DNA of 64,000 bases from an uncultured virus (IMG/VR IMGVR_UViG_3300022555_000012) (lineage: Duplodnaviria > Heunggongvirae > Uroviricota > Caudoviricetes), in the IMG/VR virus record IMGVR_UViG_3300022555_000012. One strand, written 5' to 3'. Positions 9,464-19,635 of this stretch are shown here, piece by piece. A program made the translations under genes and the position numbers. The number at the start of each line of letters is the position of its first letter. Position 1 is the stretch's first letter. The notes under the pieces are model-generated. The model searched no databases, was not told the DNA's origin, and saw nothing but the letters and a program-made list of their open reading frames with translations.

Positions 9464-9861
9464 AATGACTGTTTCCACGAACCATCCTTGATGCTCTTAG
9501 CACAATCCTTCGGACTCACCCCATCATCCTGACACGACCCGATATAATCCATCATCGCCTGGGTAACTGTAGCCGTCTTCTCAACCTCGTCCAGGTAATC
9601 TCCAAACGATGCCGTCTGCCAATTCTTTGCCGTTAATTCAATAGAAGCCTTCTTCCCTTTCTCTTGAATCTCCTGATCAATCCACTTCTTGGCAGTCTCA
9701 ACACTTGCTGGAACTTCATTAAACGCCCTGTGTCCTGCCGGGTCCTTGACACTGAAGTTTTCACCAGACTTGTCGATGGTATAACCCTTATACTTCTGAC
9801 CCGCCAACAGTTCCTTCGCCAACATCAAAAGCTCTTTTGCAATCATCTGTTTCATCGACAT
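9460..9861 (-). CDS. Hypothetical protein with shared leader motif
   Basis: MIAKELLMLAKELLAG; internal KKAS linker. Confidence 0.65.
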   Translation of the reverse strand: MSMKQMIAKELLMLAKELLAGQKYKGYTIDKSGENFSVKDPAGHRAFNEVPASVETAKKWIDQEIQEKGKKASIELTAKNWQTASFGDYLDEVEKTATVTQAMMDYIGSCQDDGVSPKDCAKSIKDGSWKQSL

Positions 9862-10430
9862 CTCCTAAGTGCTGCTGAACGACTCGCCGCTATCGGGAAC
9901 GCTTCCCCTCCAAACGACACAATGCTCTTATTCCCACTCGCAGACGAATACTTCGCCTGATCCACTAAAAACTTCCGGCCTTCAAACCGATCACTGTAAA
10001 ATGCCCGATAGTAATATGGATCTTCTTCCCTCGGCACCATATACGCTATCGTCACATGCGGCCTGAAATCCCTATACGGATTCACATTCCTCAACTTCTT
10101 ACACACCCGATTATGCAAAGCCCTCAACCCAGGACTCTCAACCGCAAGCCTCAATACATTCTGATCCTCATTGTGAAAGACCCCTGCCCTTCCCAATGTC
10201 ACCATAATAGGCTCAGTCCCGGCTATCGCCTCACCCACCTCATCCGATGACTCAGTTATCAAACCATACTTAACCGTAATATGGATCTCGTCCGGAATAC
10301 CTGTCGTCGCATCCTCGGTCTTCTTCAAATACCATGCCGGAATAGTCGCCGCATATCCCTTGACCTCTTCCGTCAACGCCTGGGGCAAACCCACCATCAA
10401 ACACCCATATGAAAAAGCCATCCTACGCAT
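9852..10430 (-). CDS. 2H phosphoesterase (LigT / T4 gp57B-Acb1-like)
   Basis: Two HxT motifs: IHITVKYG and RPHVTIAY. Confidence 0.8.
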   Translation of the reverse strand: MRRMAFSYGCLMVGLPQALTEEVKGYAATIPAWYLKKTEDATTGIPDEIHITVKYGLITESSDEVGEAIAGTEPIMVTLGRAGVFHNEDQNVLRLAVESPGLRALHNRVCKKLRNVNPYRDFRPHVTIAYMVPREEDPYYYRAFYSDRFEGRKFLVDQAKYSSASGNKSIVSFGGEAFPIAASRSAALRRCR

Positions 10431-10436
10431 AATGAC

Positions 10437-11264
10437 TTATCCCTGTGCCAATGTAATGTTCGCCTTTGTCGCCATCTCTACCAACTTCCCAGCCACTTCA
10501 TCCAACTCGCTACCATTACTGGACACACGGCTCCAGAGATTCGTAACCCAACCCTTGATCGCTTCCTTGAACTCCGGGATGATCTGTTTCAAAACATCAA
10601 AGAAACCGTCTAAGATACCGGCTGTCCGAGATCCAGCAACACTCGCCTTTGGAAGATCAATCCCTCTCTCCTTCGCAATCGCCTGAGCACTCTCATGCCA
10701 ATCCTTGACCGCCCCATCCAACTCCTTCACTCCCGTCTTTAACTCCGTAATCTGCTTGGAGAAGAACGATCCCAAAATCCGTTGATACTTCTTCAACTCC
10801 GCAGCATTCAACGTCGAAACCAGAATATTATACTTCTCCTTGTAGGATTCCTGTTCCGATTCCCTCTTGGATATCGACAAATCATCAGCGAGATCCGTCA
10901 AAGTGTCACCCACAGACAAACACTTCACTGCCTGTGCTAAGACCTCCTTCCTCATCCTCTCGTAGCCAGTCTCAGTCTTCCAGGTCTTGTAATAAGCCTT
11001 CAAGAAGTCACGCTTTTCATCCACGGCCTTCTCCATCGTCGCCAAAGCCATAATCAAATCCGCGTGTTGTGCCTTGAAATCATGAGCAAGATCCGCTACC
11101 GCCTTTGTCGTCGCTGCCATTTCCGGACCCAATTGATACGAAATCTTGTCCCGTGCCATCATCAAAATAGGCCCCTCAGATGCCACAACCGGACTCTTTC
11201 CAGCCAATGCTGAAAGATCCCCTGCAATCTCGACTAACCGACTCGCTAATACTGTCCTGTCCAT
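10437..11264 (-). CDS. Helical/coiled-coil protein with shared leader motif
   Basis: MDRTVLASRLVEIAGDLSA; internal SRTAG; GAGGAG SD. Confidence 0.65.
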   Translation of the reverse strand: MDRTVLASRLVEIAGDLSALAGKSPVVASEGPILMMARDKISYQLGPEMAATTKAVADLAHDFKAQHADLIMALATMEKAVDEKRDFLKAYYKTWKTETGYERMRKEVLAQAVKCLSVGDTLTDLADDLSISKRESEQESYKEKYNILVSTLNAAELKKYQRILGSFFSKQITELKTGVKELDGAVKDWHESAQAIAKERGIDLPKASVAGSRTAGILDGFFDVLKQIIPEFKEAIKGWVTNLWSRVSSNGSELDEVAGKLVEMATKANITLAQG

Positions 11265-11302
11265 AACGACTCCTCTCCGTTGTTCGTGCCCCTCTATGTC
11301 TG

Positions 11303-11325
11303 GGGTAAAATATAAAGAAAATCTT
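11303..11325 (-). promoter_or_regulatory. Candidate late promoter, copy 2
   Basis: AAGATTTTCTTTATATTTTACCC. Confidence 0.55.
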
Positions 11326-11343
11326 ACTACTTTTTAATCGGGT

Positions 11344-12831
11344 TCATAATACCTTCCTGGCGGAAGCGACGATACGGTCCGCCACCACCTGTTCCCTTAA
11401 CCCATAATCCGGCCGACGACTCAATGGTGCCGAACTATATGGATGTGTCTCACCGTCAGATCCGATAATCGACCTGGCCATATCCCTCACTTCAAGTCCA
11501 TATCTCCTGATCAATTTGGGAATAGGGGGAGCATCAATCGTGAAATGACCTGACATCGCCTTCATCAACTCCTCTACAGCCGGCCGTCCAGTAAGCCCCA
11601 TCTTGCCCCTCAAGGCATCTGTTACCGATCCCAGCCCATCTATAATCTGAACCGCCACCGGTGCCCCTGGAGGCAAACTGGTGCCCTTCTGGGTCGCCCA
11701 GGTGTGAAAGGTCATAAATAACTTCGATAATTTCTCATCAGCCATCGGGTCTGTCTCATCTGATCCCCACCGATAACTACTGTAACTACTGTAACTCTGT
11801 TGTGGCTTCTGTATCGGACTACCATTCGGACTCTTATGAGGCACCGGAGCCGTCCCACGATCATCCGTAACACCACCCCCAGGATTTGAAAACCGATCAA
11901 GATATTTCTCAACAGCCTCATTCGAGTCAAATGGCCCATATCTCTGAGCATCCTCGTATTCCCCATACTCCTGATCTGCCAGATCCAAATACCATTTCCC
12001 ATTCACCGCCTTGAAAATACCACAATACCGCTGCATACTGGCCGTCTTCATCCCAACTATGAACTCCCTGGCAAGCATCTTCCAGGCAATCCGATCTGAT
12101 GCCGTCTTGCCCACAACATCTCTTGGATTCAATAACCAGTCCTTAACCATCTCCTTGAACACCTCAAAATCCTCAAATACCGGGACCCCATACTTGTTGC
12201 AAACCACATCCACATTCCCCTTCCGGTAAAACCCGTCTGGACAAAATACCATCATCCGATTCCCCACCACATTTAACCCCAATTCCAGCAACGAAATCGG
12301 GGCCTTCGAGTCCTTCGTCAAACAAATCACCACAAGTGATGCTTGCTCCAATCCCTTTAATTCCCACTCAACCTGCTCCCGGAACTGATCATTCTCAAAT
12401 TCCTGCTTCCAGGATGAATCCCAATCCTTCCTCCGGGGATTCAAGGCCACACATGGAACATCCTTCAAATACTCAACAAGTTCCTTCTGCCAGTCCACGG
12501 CCGCACCCATATCAATCGCTCCACCCAGAAAGACTACTGGCGGCTCACATGGCTGTTTGAAATCAAACGGTTCCGGGGCAAGTATCTCTCGACATTTGGA
12601 AGACTTTTCATTTGCTTTCATACCGTTCCCATTCTCCTTCTTTTCAACCGGCAATCCCGTCTGATAATCAATCCCTAAACTCTCACAACACCTGAAACAG
12701 ATCCCGGTAGCCTCTGTCTTAGGTGCAGTACACCGACAAGTGCTTTGCCCACCACACTCCGGACAAGTCATCCTCCAATGATGGTGCATTCCCTCTCCAC
12801 CTTCATCCTGTATCTGCCATTGTGTCTTCAT
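11344..12831 (-). CDS. Multidomain protein: Cys-rich Zn finger + nucleoside 2-deoxyribosyltransferase-like domain + unknown domains
   Basis: VFLGGAID...DWQ...LNPRR...QVEWE...APISLLELG; KTAS linkers. Confidence 0.7.
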   Translation of the reverse strand: MKTQWQIQDEGGEGMHHHWRMTCPECGGQSTCRCTAPKTEATGICFRCCESLGIDYQTGLPVEKKENGNGMKANEKSSKCREILAPEPFDFKQPCEPPVVFLGGAIDMGAAVDWQKELVEYLKDVPCVALNPRRKDWDSSWKQEFENDQFREQVEWELKGLEQASLVVICLTKDSKAPISLLELGLNVVGNRMMVFCPDGFYRKGNVDVVCNKYGVPVFEDFEVFKEMVKDWLLNPRDVVGKTASDRIAWKMLAREFIVGMKTASMQRYCGIFKAVNGKWYLDLADQEYGEYEDAQRYGPFDSNEAVEKYLDRFSNPGGGVTDDRGTAPVPHKSPNGSPIQKPQQSYSSYSSYRWGSDETDPMADEKLSKLFMTFHTWATQKGTSLPPGAPVAVQIIDGLGSVTDALRGKMGLTGRPAVEELMKAMSGHFTIDAPPIPKLIRRYGLEVRDMARSIIGSDGETHPYSSAPLSRRPDYGLREQVVADRIVASARKVL

Positions 12832-14603
12832 ACTCTTTTCTTGTCAAAATCAACCACATTGATCTCAAAGACCTTCCCCGGTTGCCACACACGACCATTA
12901 TAACTCACATAGGCTACCGCCCGACCCGTATCATCCACTGTCGTCCCACCAACCCAATTCCCCATCCCCAGATCATTCTTGGTAATAAATTCACGAACCT
13001 TCTTCACCGCCTCCGCTAAAGACTTTACCGCTTCCCATTGTGGACCAATCTTTTTCTCCCCGGCATCATCCCGGTCGGGATCGGACAACGATACCAACTT
13101 AACCATCAACATCCCCGTCGGAGCCTTCCTTAAAACTGCTGCGACGATCCGGTCCGCTATTCTGTCGATATTCATAGATGCCTTCTTCCCCGTTTCCTTG
13201 TCCCCTGTAATCACAAACCATAAGTCATTGAAATCAGCCTGCTCAAACCCGGACATCAATCCCTCGGGTTTCAACTTCTTGAAGTCATATTCCAATTTCT
13301 CCATCCAGGCCCCGGCCGAATCCCCAGCCTGATCTATCTTCCGAATCAACCCCTCATGCACATACTTCTTCACCTTGGCACTCTTTACCTTGGCTGCCCT
13401 CTCAATAATCTGCTTCTTGATATCGTTCTCTGATGCTATCACTGTCACCACCGATGCCCTTTCAGGATCAACTGTCGTATCCACATCCACTATAGCCTTA
13501 CCTATAGACCGATTTATCAAATTAACCTTATTGTGCCGGTTCGGATGTGCCTCCGCAAAGTCCCTCACCGCCTCATTCACCTTCGTCGGATCTACATCCC
13601 TCAAATCCGTCCGATACTCCGCGTGATTCGACCACCCCACATCCAATTCCTGCCCCCCTGGCATATCAAAATCATCCCCATACTCATTCCGCCTGTAAAT
13701 CATCGCCAACTCATTCGGACTTAAATCATCGCCAGGATTATGCGTCTGGAAGAACCTCGTTACCTTCTCCGTCAAGGTCTGAACCAACTCTGAGTCCCGA
13801 ACCCTCTTCGTTATCTTATCAATAACCTCTTTTAATCCAGCCTCACGAGAACTCGCTATCTTGCAATACCCGGAATCCTTATGATCCTTGCAATATTGTG
13901 TCTGGAATTCAGGCGTTTGATTCTTCCACCATGCACTCATCTGATGAAGAGGTGTCGCTTCAGACTCTTGATCTTCCTTCACATCCATAATGGATTTAGT
14001 CGGAGTATCCGACTCGAAGACCTCATTTATCACCTTACCCTCGTAATCACCCTCGGACGGGTGCGGAGGATTTACCGTCTTTACCTTCGCCTTGATCTTT
14101 CCCTGAAGTGTCTCTACCGCTTTCGTGTTCCTCGAACTGTCATCCGTGAACTCCACCTCTTCAGCATCCCCAGCAGCATTCTCAATCCACCTGGCCTTGT
14201 CCATCGGGTCACTGGACTGTAAAGCAACCGCTTCCACATCCTTGATGCCCAGACTGTCCAGAAACTTCTTCACGGCCGTCACAGATCCCTTCGGCCTCGC
14301 CGTCAGGATCACCACTCGGGTATCTTCCTCATCAACAGCCGCCTTCAAGGAGTCCATGTTCTTCTTGATGACCCTGGGTTTCGTCACATTATTAAAATCG
14401 GCGAAGTCAATGTGATCCCCATCTGTCCCCTTGAAATAGGCAAAGGAAGCACTATCCAGGACCGTCTTCTCTCCATCCCCATGCTCTACCGTAACCGAAC
14501 TCTCTGATGAGACAAGCGTGTCATCAAAATCGTAGACACATAAACGGCGTGTCATCTTACTGACACGCTCTGCAATCCTCGATATTCGTTCGGAAATCTT
14601 CAC
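12828..14603 (-). CDS. Multidomain protein with N-terminal HAD phosphatase
   Basis: VYDFDDTL, ILTAR, K, FTDDS..N; leader RISRIAERVS; internal KKASMNIDRIADRIVAA. Confidence 0.7.
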   Translation of the reverse strand: MKISERISRIAERVSKMTRRLCVYDFDDTLVSSESSVTVEHGDGEKTVLDSASFAYFKGTDGDHIDFADFNNVTKPRVIKKNMDSLKAAVDEEDTRVVILTARPKGSVTAVKKFLDSLGIKDVEAVALQSSDPMDKARWIENAAGDAEEVEFTDDSSRNTKAVETLQGKIKAKVKTVNPPHPSEGDYEGKVINEVFESDTPTKSIMDVKEDQESEATPLHQMSAWWKNQTPEFQTQYCKDHKDSGYCKIASSREAGLKEVIDKITKRVRDSELVQTLTEKVTRFFQTHNPGDDLSPNELAMIYRRNEYGDDFDMPGGQELDVGWSNHAEYRTDLRDVDPTKVNEAVRDFAEAHPNRHNKVNLINRSIGKAIVDVDTTVDPERASVVTVIASENDIKKQIIERAAKVKSAKVKKYVHEGLIRKIDQAGDSAGAWMEKLEYDFKKLKPEGLMSGFEQADFNDLWFVITGDKETGKKASMNIDRIADRIVAAVLRKAPTGMLMVKLVSLSDPDRDDAGEKKIGPQWEAVKSLAEAVKKVREFITKNDLGMGNWVGGTTVDDTGRAVAYVSYNGRVWQPGKVFEINVVDFDKKRV

Positions 14604-14605
14604 TA

Positions 14606-14761
14606 CTATTTCCTGGGACGAATACCATCTTTCCTCCGACGATCCTCAGCTTCCTCACGCCATTCCTTCTTCTCTTCCTGCGTCGGAGCTGAATCCGGAT
14701 ACTTTGCCATCATATCATTCGCAATCTTGGAAATCCTCGCCTCAATGTCTGTCAATTTCAT
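14606..14761 (-). CDS. 51-aa protein with shared leader motif (not in ORF track)
   Basis: Manual translation MKLTDIEARISKIANDMMAKYPDSAPTQEEKKEWREEAEDRRRKDGIRPRK. Confidence 0.65.
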   Translation of the reverse strand: MKLTDIEARISKIANDMMAKYPDSAPTQEEKKEWREEAEDRRRKDGIRPRK

Positions 14762-14830
14762 AAATCATCCCTTTCGTTAAACAATGTCCCTACCTACTTA
14801 AGAATGATTTATAAAATTAATCTTCCAGAA

Positions 14831-15196
14831 TCAGAAATCCTTCGGCTCCACACCATCATCCATAGGATCGATGACCAATCCAATCTCAGACCGCTTCATC
14901 CCAAAAAGTTGCTTCATCACCCACGGGTACTTGTAATCAATGACTTTTTGGAATTTCTTGGGCAAGTTCTTGATATCCCCTTGAAATGTGTCCTTTATTT
15001 CTCCATCAAAATTCGACAGAACGAAGATCTTCTCGGGCGTTGATACCCCGTAATACTTCGCATAATCCGTTCCGGGTAAAAACCCGAATGACCACACCAT
15101 ATGAAAGAAACTCAGGCCTACTAACCCAGCATGATGAGCCATATCCTGTTTCTGATTGTCTCCCGGCACTATAACCTTCGGTAATACTGTTTTCAT
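14831..15196 (-). CDS. Hypothetical protein
   Basis: ORF with SD. Confidence 0.55.
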   Translation of the reverse strand: MKTVLPKVIVPGDNQKQDMAHHAGLVGLSFFHMVWSFGFLPGTDYAKYYGVSTPEKIFVLSNFDGEIKDTFQGDIKNLPKKFQKVIDYKYPWVMKQLFGMKRSEIGLVIDPMDDGVEPKDF

Positions 15197-15208
15197 CTTA
15201 TCCCTCTC

Positions 15209-16288
15209 CTATTCTATTGAATCCTCATTCCTTGAACAAAAATACGCCCTGATATCATCTCTCAACTGCCACTTCTTATCAGTCAATTGCCACAATCCCT
15301 GACTGTCCCGCTTCAAGTCCTGATCCGGATTGAAATGATGCTTTGTAAGTATCCCTCCCCTGGTCCCATATTGCCGATTCACACGATTCCCGTGCCAATG
15401 ATGAGTCACCACCCCCTTCACAAATCCCACATTGTTCTTAATGTATTCCTGGGCCATATTCTGCCAATTAAGCAGTTTATTCACATACTCAGAACACCCT
15501 TCAGTCTTGATCACCAAATGAGTGTGACCCAATAACCCTGTCGCCATATAATGATCTGCTGCCCCCAAAATGGCATAATCAATCAAACCACCCACCGCAT
15601 CAACACTCTTCCTCCGTGCCGCCCATGCCCCTCCTGGTGATCCTGGCCAACTCAATTTCCCACCTGCCATCATTGCCCCGTAATACCCAGGCAATACCGG
15701 CTTCTTATTCCCAAAAGTCTGATCCTGAACAGTTCCCTTCTTTGACCCAATCGGAGTCCCCTTCCTCCACCCGGCCATAAACCCTGTCCCAGAACTCACA
15801 ATCTCACTATCATTCGACACATACACAATGTCACTGAACAACTGCACAAAATCGTAATGCTGTAACTGTTGTAACGTCTCCTGTGCCCAGTCAGGCCTCG
15901 TGAATGACAAGTCCGCATCAATCCAGGCAATATACTTCGCCTCCGGAGGAAGTCTCTGTATCGCCAGATTAATCAAATTCTCCTTATACCACATCTCATG
16001 CGATGTCCTCACCTGAATGTTCCGTGGGTTATTCGCCTCAGTAATCTCAAATTCACGATCTCCGAATGCCAATTCAATCGTCGTCAAAATCACCCCGGAA
16101 TCCTTCATCCGTTTCTCAAAAGCCCGATACAACTCATATCGCTTCACATACCTTTGAGAATTTACAATAGGGGTTATAACCCACAACTTGTCCGGGAATG
16201 GAGTGATCCCCATCTTCGCGTGTGATGGATGAATAATAACCGAAGAATTGTGCCGAATGTCGTTATACATATATCCTCTTAATATCAC
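15209..16288 (-). CDS. GT-A fold glycosyltransferase-like protein
   Basis: MWYKENLINLAI...YIAWIDAD, PGGAWAARR, ILGAADH, HHWHG. Confidence 0.7.
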   Translation of the reverse strand: MILRGYMYNDIRHNSSVIIHPSHAKMGITPFPDKLWVITPIVNSQRYVKRYELYRAFEKRMKDSGVILTTIELAFGDREFEITEANNPRNIQVRTSHEMWYKENLINLAIQRLPPEAKYIAWIDADLSFTRPDWAQETLQQLQHYDFVQLFSDIVYVSNDSEIVSSGTGFMAGWRKGTPIGSKKGTVQDQTFGNKKPVLPGYYGAMMAGGKLSWPGSPGGAWAARRKSVDAVGGLIDYAILGAADHYMATGLLGHTHLVIKTEGCSEYVNKLLNWQNMAQEYIKNNVGFVKGVVTHHWHGNRVNRQYGTRGGILTKHHFNPDQDLKRDSQGLWQLTDKKWQLRDDIRAYFCSRNEDSIE

Positions 16289-16375
16289 CCCAATTTAAGG
16301 TGTCCCAACTTACAAAAGAAGCACAGCCATCTTGGACAACTGTGCTCTCATCAACAATTTTATGTGTCCAACTCG

Positions 16376-16852
16376 TTACCGAATCGGCAACCGAAGCGTC
16401 TGCCCAACATGAAGCGTCGAGGTTCTTAACCCGTTCGCCTTTTTGAGTGCCGCTACCGTTGTGCCATTCTTTCGAGATATCGTCCAAAGATTGTCGCCAC
16501 TCTTTACCGTGTAAAAAGCCGGAGATGCTTTGACCATATAGGTTCGCGGTTGCTCTGTCCCCAACATCGGGATCAATGGAGTAATTACCGAAGCCGCCTT
16601 CACCAAGTTACTGAGTGAACCAGGGGCAATGTCAACTGTCCCACCGCCTGTCGGCTCAGCAATAGATGACCCACTGTTCGTCGCATTCGGAGCTTCCTGC
16701 ACCTTCGCGACACTCTTCGATGTTCGATTCTGGATCAACCCCAGATCCGCATCCCCACCCAATAACGCCGGGCGAGAATAAGGACTGTAAAACGCACAGC
16801 CGGCCAAAAGGAACGGCACCACCAACACACCTAACAATTTCATCATTTTCAT
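16376..16852 (-). CDS. LysM-domain lipoprotein
   Basis: Lipobox [33 protein letters not shown]...[10 protein letters not shown]. Confidence 0.85.
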   Translation of the reverse strand: MKMMKLLGVLVVPFLLAGCAFYSPYSRPALLGGDADLGLIQNRTSKSVAKVQEAPNATNSGSSIAEPTGGGTVDIAPGSLSNLVKAASVITPLIPMLGTEQPRTYMVKASPAFYTVKSGDNLWTISRKNGTTVAALKKANGLRTSTLHVGQTLRLPIR

Positions 16853-16884
16853 ATTTTTTCTCTTTCTTGTCTTCTCTGACAACC

Positions 16885-17130
16885 TTACTTGTTAGCCGGG
16901 ATCGTCTTCAAATAACCAGATGTCCCAGTCGCCGTCGGACCATACACCTCAACCGACCCGTTTAAATTTGTAACGAGCGTTGTTGTCGTGGTCGTGCTGT
17001 TATCCGTCTTCGTACTCTGATTGCCAGAGTCCTGATTCTTACTGTTGATGTTCGACAAAACATCACCACAACCCGCCGCCATAAATAGTAACCCACATCC
17101 TACCAATCCAACTAACACTGTCCTTTTCAT
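16885..17130 (-). CDS. Small Thr-rich lipoprotein
   Basis: Hydrophobic signal ending AAGC. Confidence 0.6.
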   Translation of the reverse strand: MKRTVLVGLVGCGLLFMAAGCGDVLSNINSKNQDSGNQSTKTDNSTTTTTTLVTNLNGSVEVYGPTATGTSGYLKTIPANK

Positions 17131-17165
17131 ATATTTTTCTCCTATCAGGCTTCTTTACCCGAAAT

Positions 17166-17420
17166 TTATATTTCATCCCTGGGATGACTCAACTCCGTAT
17201 GACATAACCCCACAACAGACTTCACTTCTTCCAAAATCTTCTTCGCCCAATTCAACATCTCTTCAATCTCCGACGCATCATACAACTGCGTTAAAATCGC
17301 AAACCGGCAATGATGAATCTCATTTCCCACATTCTGTAATTCATGGATGACAACACCAGCATCAGGTGCCGAAGCCTGCGATACCCTCTCTACCAATCTC
17401 TTCATTCTGCCTCGGTCCAT
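17166..17420 (-). CDS. Small protein with leader-type motif
   Basis: RMKRLVERVSQA; GGAGGT SD. Confidence 0.6.
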   Translation of the reverse strand: MDRGRMKRLVERVSQASAPDAGVVIHELQNVGNEIHHCRFAILTQLYDASEIEEMLNWAKKILEEVKSVVGLCHTELSHPRDEI

Positions 17421-17431
17421 ATTACCTCCCC

Positions 17432-17782
17432 TTAAATCATCTTCTTCGCTAATCTCTCCGCTTTCTCAAAGGTGTTCCCTGACTTTCCAATCGCTCCCAT
17501 CGCCAACTCAATACCCCTCTGTCCTTCCAACATCTTCTCAGCTAAATCCGCCAACAAGTCAATCTGTGCCTTCTTCTGCACCTCAGTCCAACTGTTGAAA
17601 ACAATCGTCCCCTTCTCAATGTTCTTCCGTAATGAATTTAACTGTTGATATAAAATGTCAGCTTCAATATTTGCCTTGTATAATAATTGATTTGCCGAAA
17701 ATAGAATCTGCCATACTCCTTTATCAATTCTTCCATCCCAAGTCGAGGCAATCTTATTAGCTATTTTTCTTTCGTCAGTCAT
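17432..17782 (-). CDS. Helical protein with shared leader motif
   Basis: Start reassigned to 17782: MTDERKIANKIAS. Confidence 0.6.
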   Translation of the reverse strand: MTDERKIANKIASTWDGRIDKGVWQILFSANQLLYKANIEADILYQQLNSLRKNIEKGTIVFNSWTEVQKKAQIDLLADLAEKMLEGQRGIELAMGAIGKSGNTFEKAERLAKKMI

Positions 17783-18522
17783 AATAACCCCTGTTGCTTT
17801 AAAAACATCTTCAACACTTCCACACCTGCCATCTCCCCATTCGAATATGGATGTAACACCCTCGTCCACCCGGTGTAATTCAAATGCCAATTCTCCTCAT
17901 CTTCCGACACCCATATGAACGACGGCCTATCATACCCCGCCGCCAAATGTGACACAAATGACCTCGGCCCTAAAACAAATGACGCGTTCTGCACAATCTG
18001 CATCAAACTCGTAATCCCATCCTGAACCAAATCATACTTCACATTCTTCAATACCCTGGGGGTCGATGCCTTACCAACAATGTGTATCTCCATCCCTGTC
18101 AAATCCTGAAACCGATCCACGATCATCTGCAAATATTCCAACGACGGATTCTGGGCGTAAACCGAAAACGGCTGCAAAATCACATACGACTCCATCTTGT
18201 CAAAGACCGGCAAATCCAACTTAGGATCATCTCCCTTCCTCAATAACCCCATCGAAGAAAGAAACGTCCCATAATAATTCACATAATCCCCAGGATCTCT
18301 CGACCGATGTGCCTCCATCGGAGATATCGTGAAGTTCGACCCCTTTATCCCATATCTCAAATTCTCATCCAAATAGGCCGCAATCACATCCGGCATCGTA
18401 TCCAAATATACCGGGTTCCCTGTCCTTCGCGTAAACTCCCGGCAAGCACTCATCAAACAAATGTGATCCCCTGCCCCAGCCTTCGTCGATAAATTAACGT
18501 AATACGGAATACCTTCACTCAT
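17779..18522 (-). CDS. GT9 (heptosyltransferase)-like glycosyltransferase
   Basis: GAGDHICL, YVILQPFS, ASFVLGPRSFVSHLAAGYDRP. Confidence 0.65.
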   Translation of the reverse strand: MSEGIPYYVNLSTKAGAGDHICLMSACREFTRRTGNPVYLDTMPDVIAAYLDENLRYGIKGSNFTISPMEAHRSRDPGDYVNYYGTFLSSMGLLRKGDDPKLDLPVFDKMESYVILQPFSVYAQNPSLEYLQMIVDRFQDLTGMEIHIVGKASTPRVLKNVKYDLVQDGITSLMQIVQNASFVLGPRSFVSHLAAGYDRPSFIWVSEDEENWHLNYTGWTRVLHPYSNGEMAGVEVLKMFLKQQGLL

Positions 18523-18584
18523 ACTGCCATCACCTTTCCCGTGATGAAACCTTAAAACCTGCTATCTTGTCTCTATTATACGCC

Positions 18585-19421
18585 TCATTCGTCTACTTTG
18601 GGTTTACAAAATTCACAGCCGGCCGTCACCGCCGGCCCTATCTCTATCCCACATTCTCTCGCCAATACCGTCTTACACCGATCACAGGCCGTCCCAGCTA
18701 CCAATATCCCCTCCTGCATCGTCATACCCTTCTTCATGAACCCCATCACCAAATCCTCATGCCACTTCGCAAACTTTACATCCATCTCTTCCAAATCATG
18801 CTTGTATTTCGGCTCACCCATCACCGCCACTCCCCACCTCTCCCCACCATCCTCATGCCAGGTCTTATCAAATATTTCCTTCTTCACCCGACTTATTGGC
18901 AAAACCCACGGATCTGACACAATGTAATACCCACCCTCATTCCCAATAAGCGTCATATAATGCCAGTCACGAGGATACGTTACAGCACAAACTATCACCG
19001 GATGCCCTAAATCCAAGTGCCTGTCTATATCCTCCAGGGTCAAAACATTCTCGAATCCTAAATTAAATTTCTTCAGTCCAGCCTCAATCCCGGCATTGTC
19101 TGTCCCCTCTACTGTCGTCCCAATCGCATCAAAGACAGTCTGCTCATTTACCTTCCGCTCATTGTCAAACCCGTAATAGTTCACCACCGTCAAAAATGCC
19201 GTCGCCCCACAATCATAATCAAAACTCTGCGTCCGATGAGGATAAAATTCAATCCGACTCGCCGTCTTAAGTCCTCCCTCATACCTCCTTAAATCCTTCT
19301 TCCATTCCTTACGATGCCCACGATCATACTTCGTCCGATCCTTCTCCACCCGCGTCCGAGGGTCCATCTGTAATGTCTTCCGAATCTTTATCGGCTCCCC
19401 TGCTTGTTTAATATCATCCAT
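18585..19421 (-). CDS. C39-like cysteine peptidase
   Basis: QSFDYDCGATA, HYMTLIG, VSDPW; preceded by a KTAS linker. Confidence 0.75.
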   Translation of the reverse strand: MDDIKQAGEPIKIRKTLQMDPRTRVEKDRTKYDRGHRKEWKKDLRRYEGGLKTASRIEFYPHRTQSFDYDCGATAFLTVVNYYGFDNERKVNEQTVFDAIGTTVEGTDNAGIEAGLKKFNLGFENVLTLEDIDRHLDLGHPVIVCAVTYPRDWHYMTLIGNEGGYYIVSDPWVLPISRVKKEIFDKTWHEDGGERWGVAVMGEPKYKHDLEEMDVKFAKWHEDLVMGFMKKGMTMQEGILVAGTACDRCKTVLARECGIEIGPAVTAGCEFCKPKVDE

Positions 19422-19540
19422 CTTCCACTACCCCTAAATAAGTCTCTCCAGAATACCGATGTCAACTCCACCACTTGCCAGAAACGAGTCATGGCAAAGG
19501 CACTTAAGTCGCCTGTCGTATACCCCAGAGAGAAATTCTA

Positions 19541-19602
19541 CAAAAATTTCTTCAGTTTCTTACAGATCATTAAAATCTTCAAAAATTTCTTCAGTTTCTT
19601 AC
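19541..19602. repeat. Perfect 23-bp direct repeat x2 (CAAAAATTTCTTCAGTTTCTTAC), 39-bp period
   Basis: Copies at 19541-19563 and 19580-19602 in a 214-bp intergenic gap. Confidence 0.9.
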
Positions 19603-19635
19603 CGAACCCATAAATCGATTGAAATGTCCCTAATC

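Noticed and set aside
19541..19602. Possible mini-CRISPR array
   Set aside because: Only two repeats, a 16-bp gap, no palindrome and no cas operon; the Cas4-like gene is a stand-alone phage nuclease
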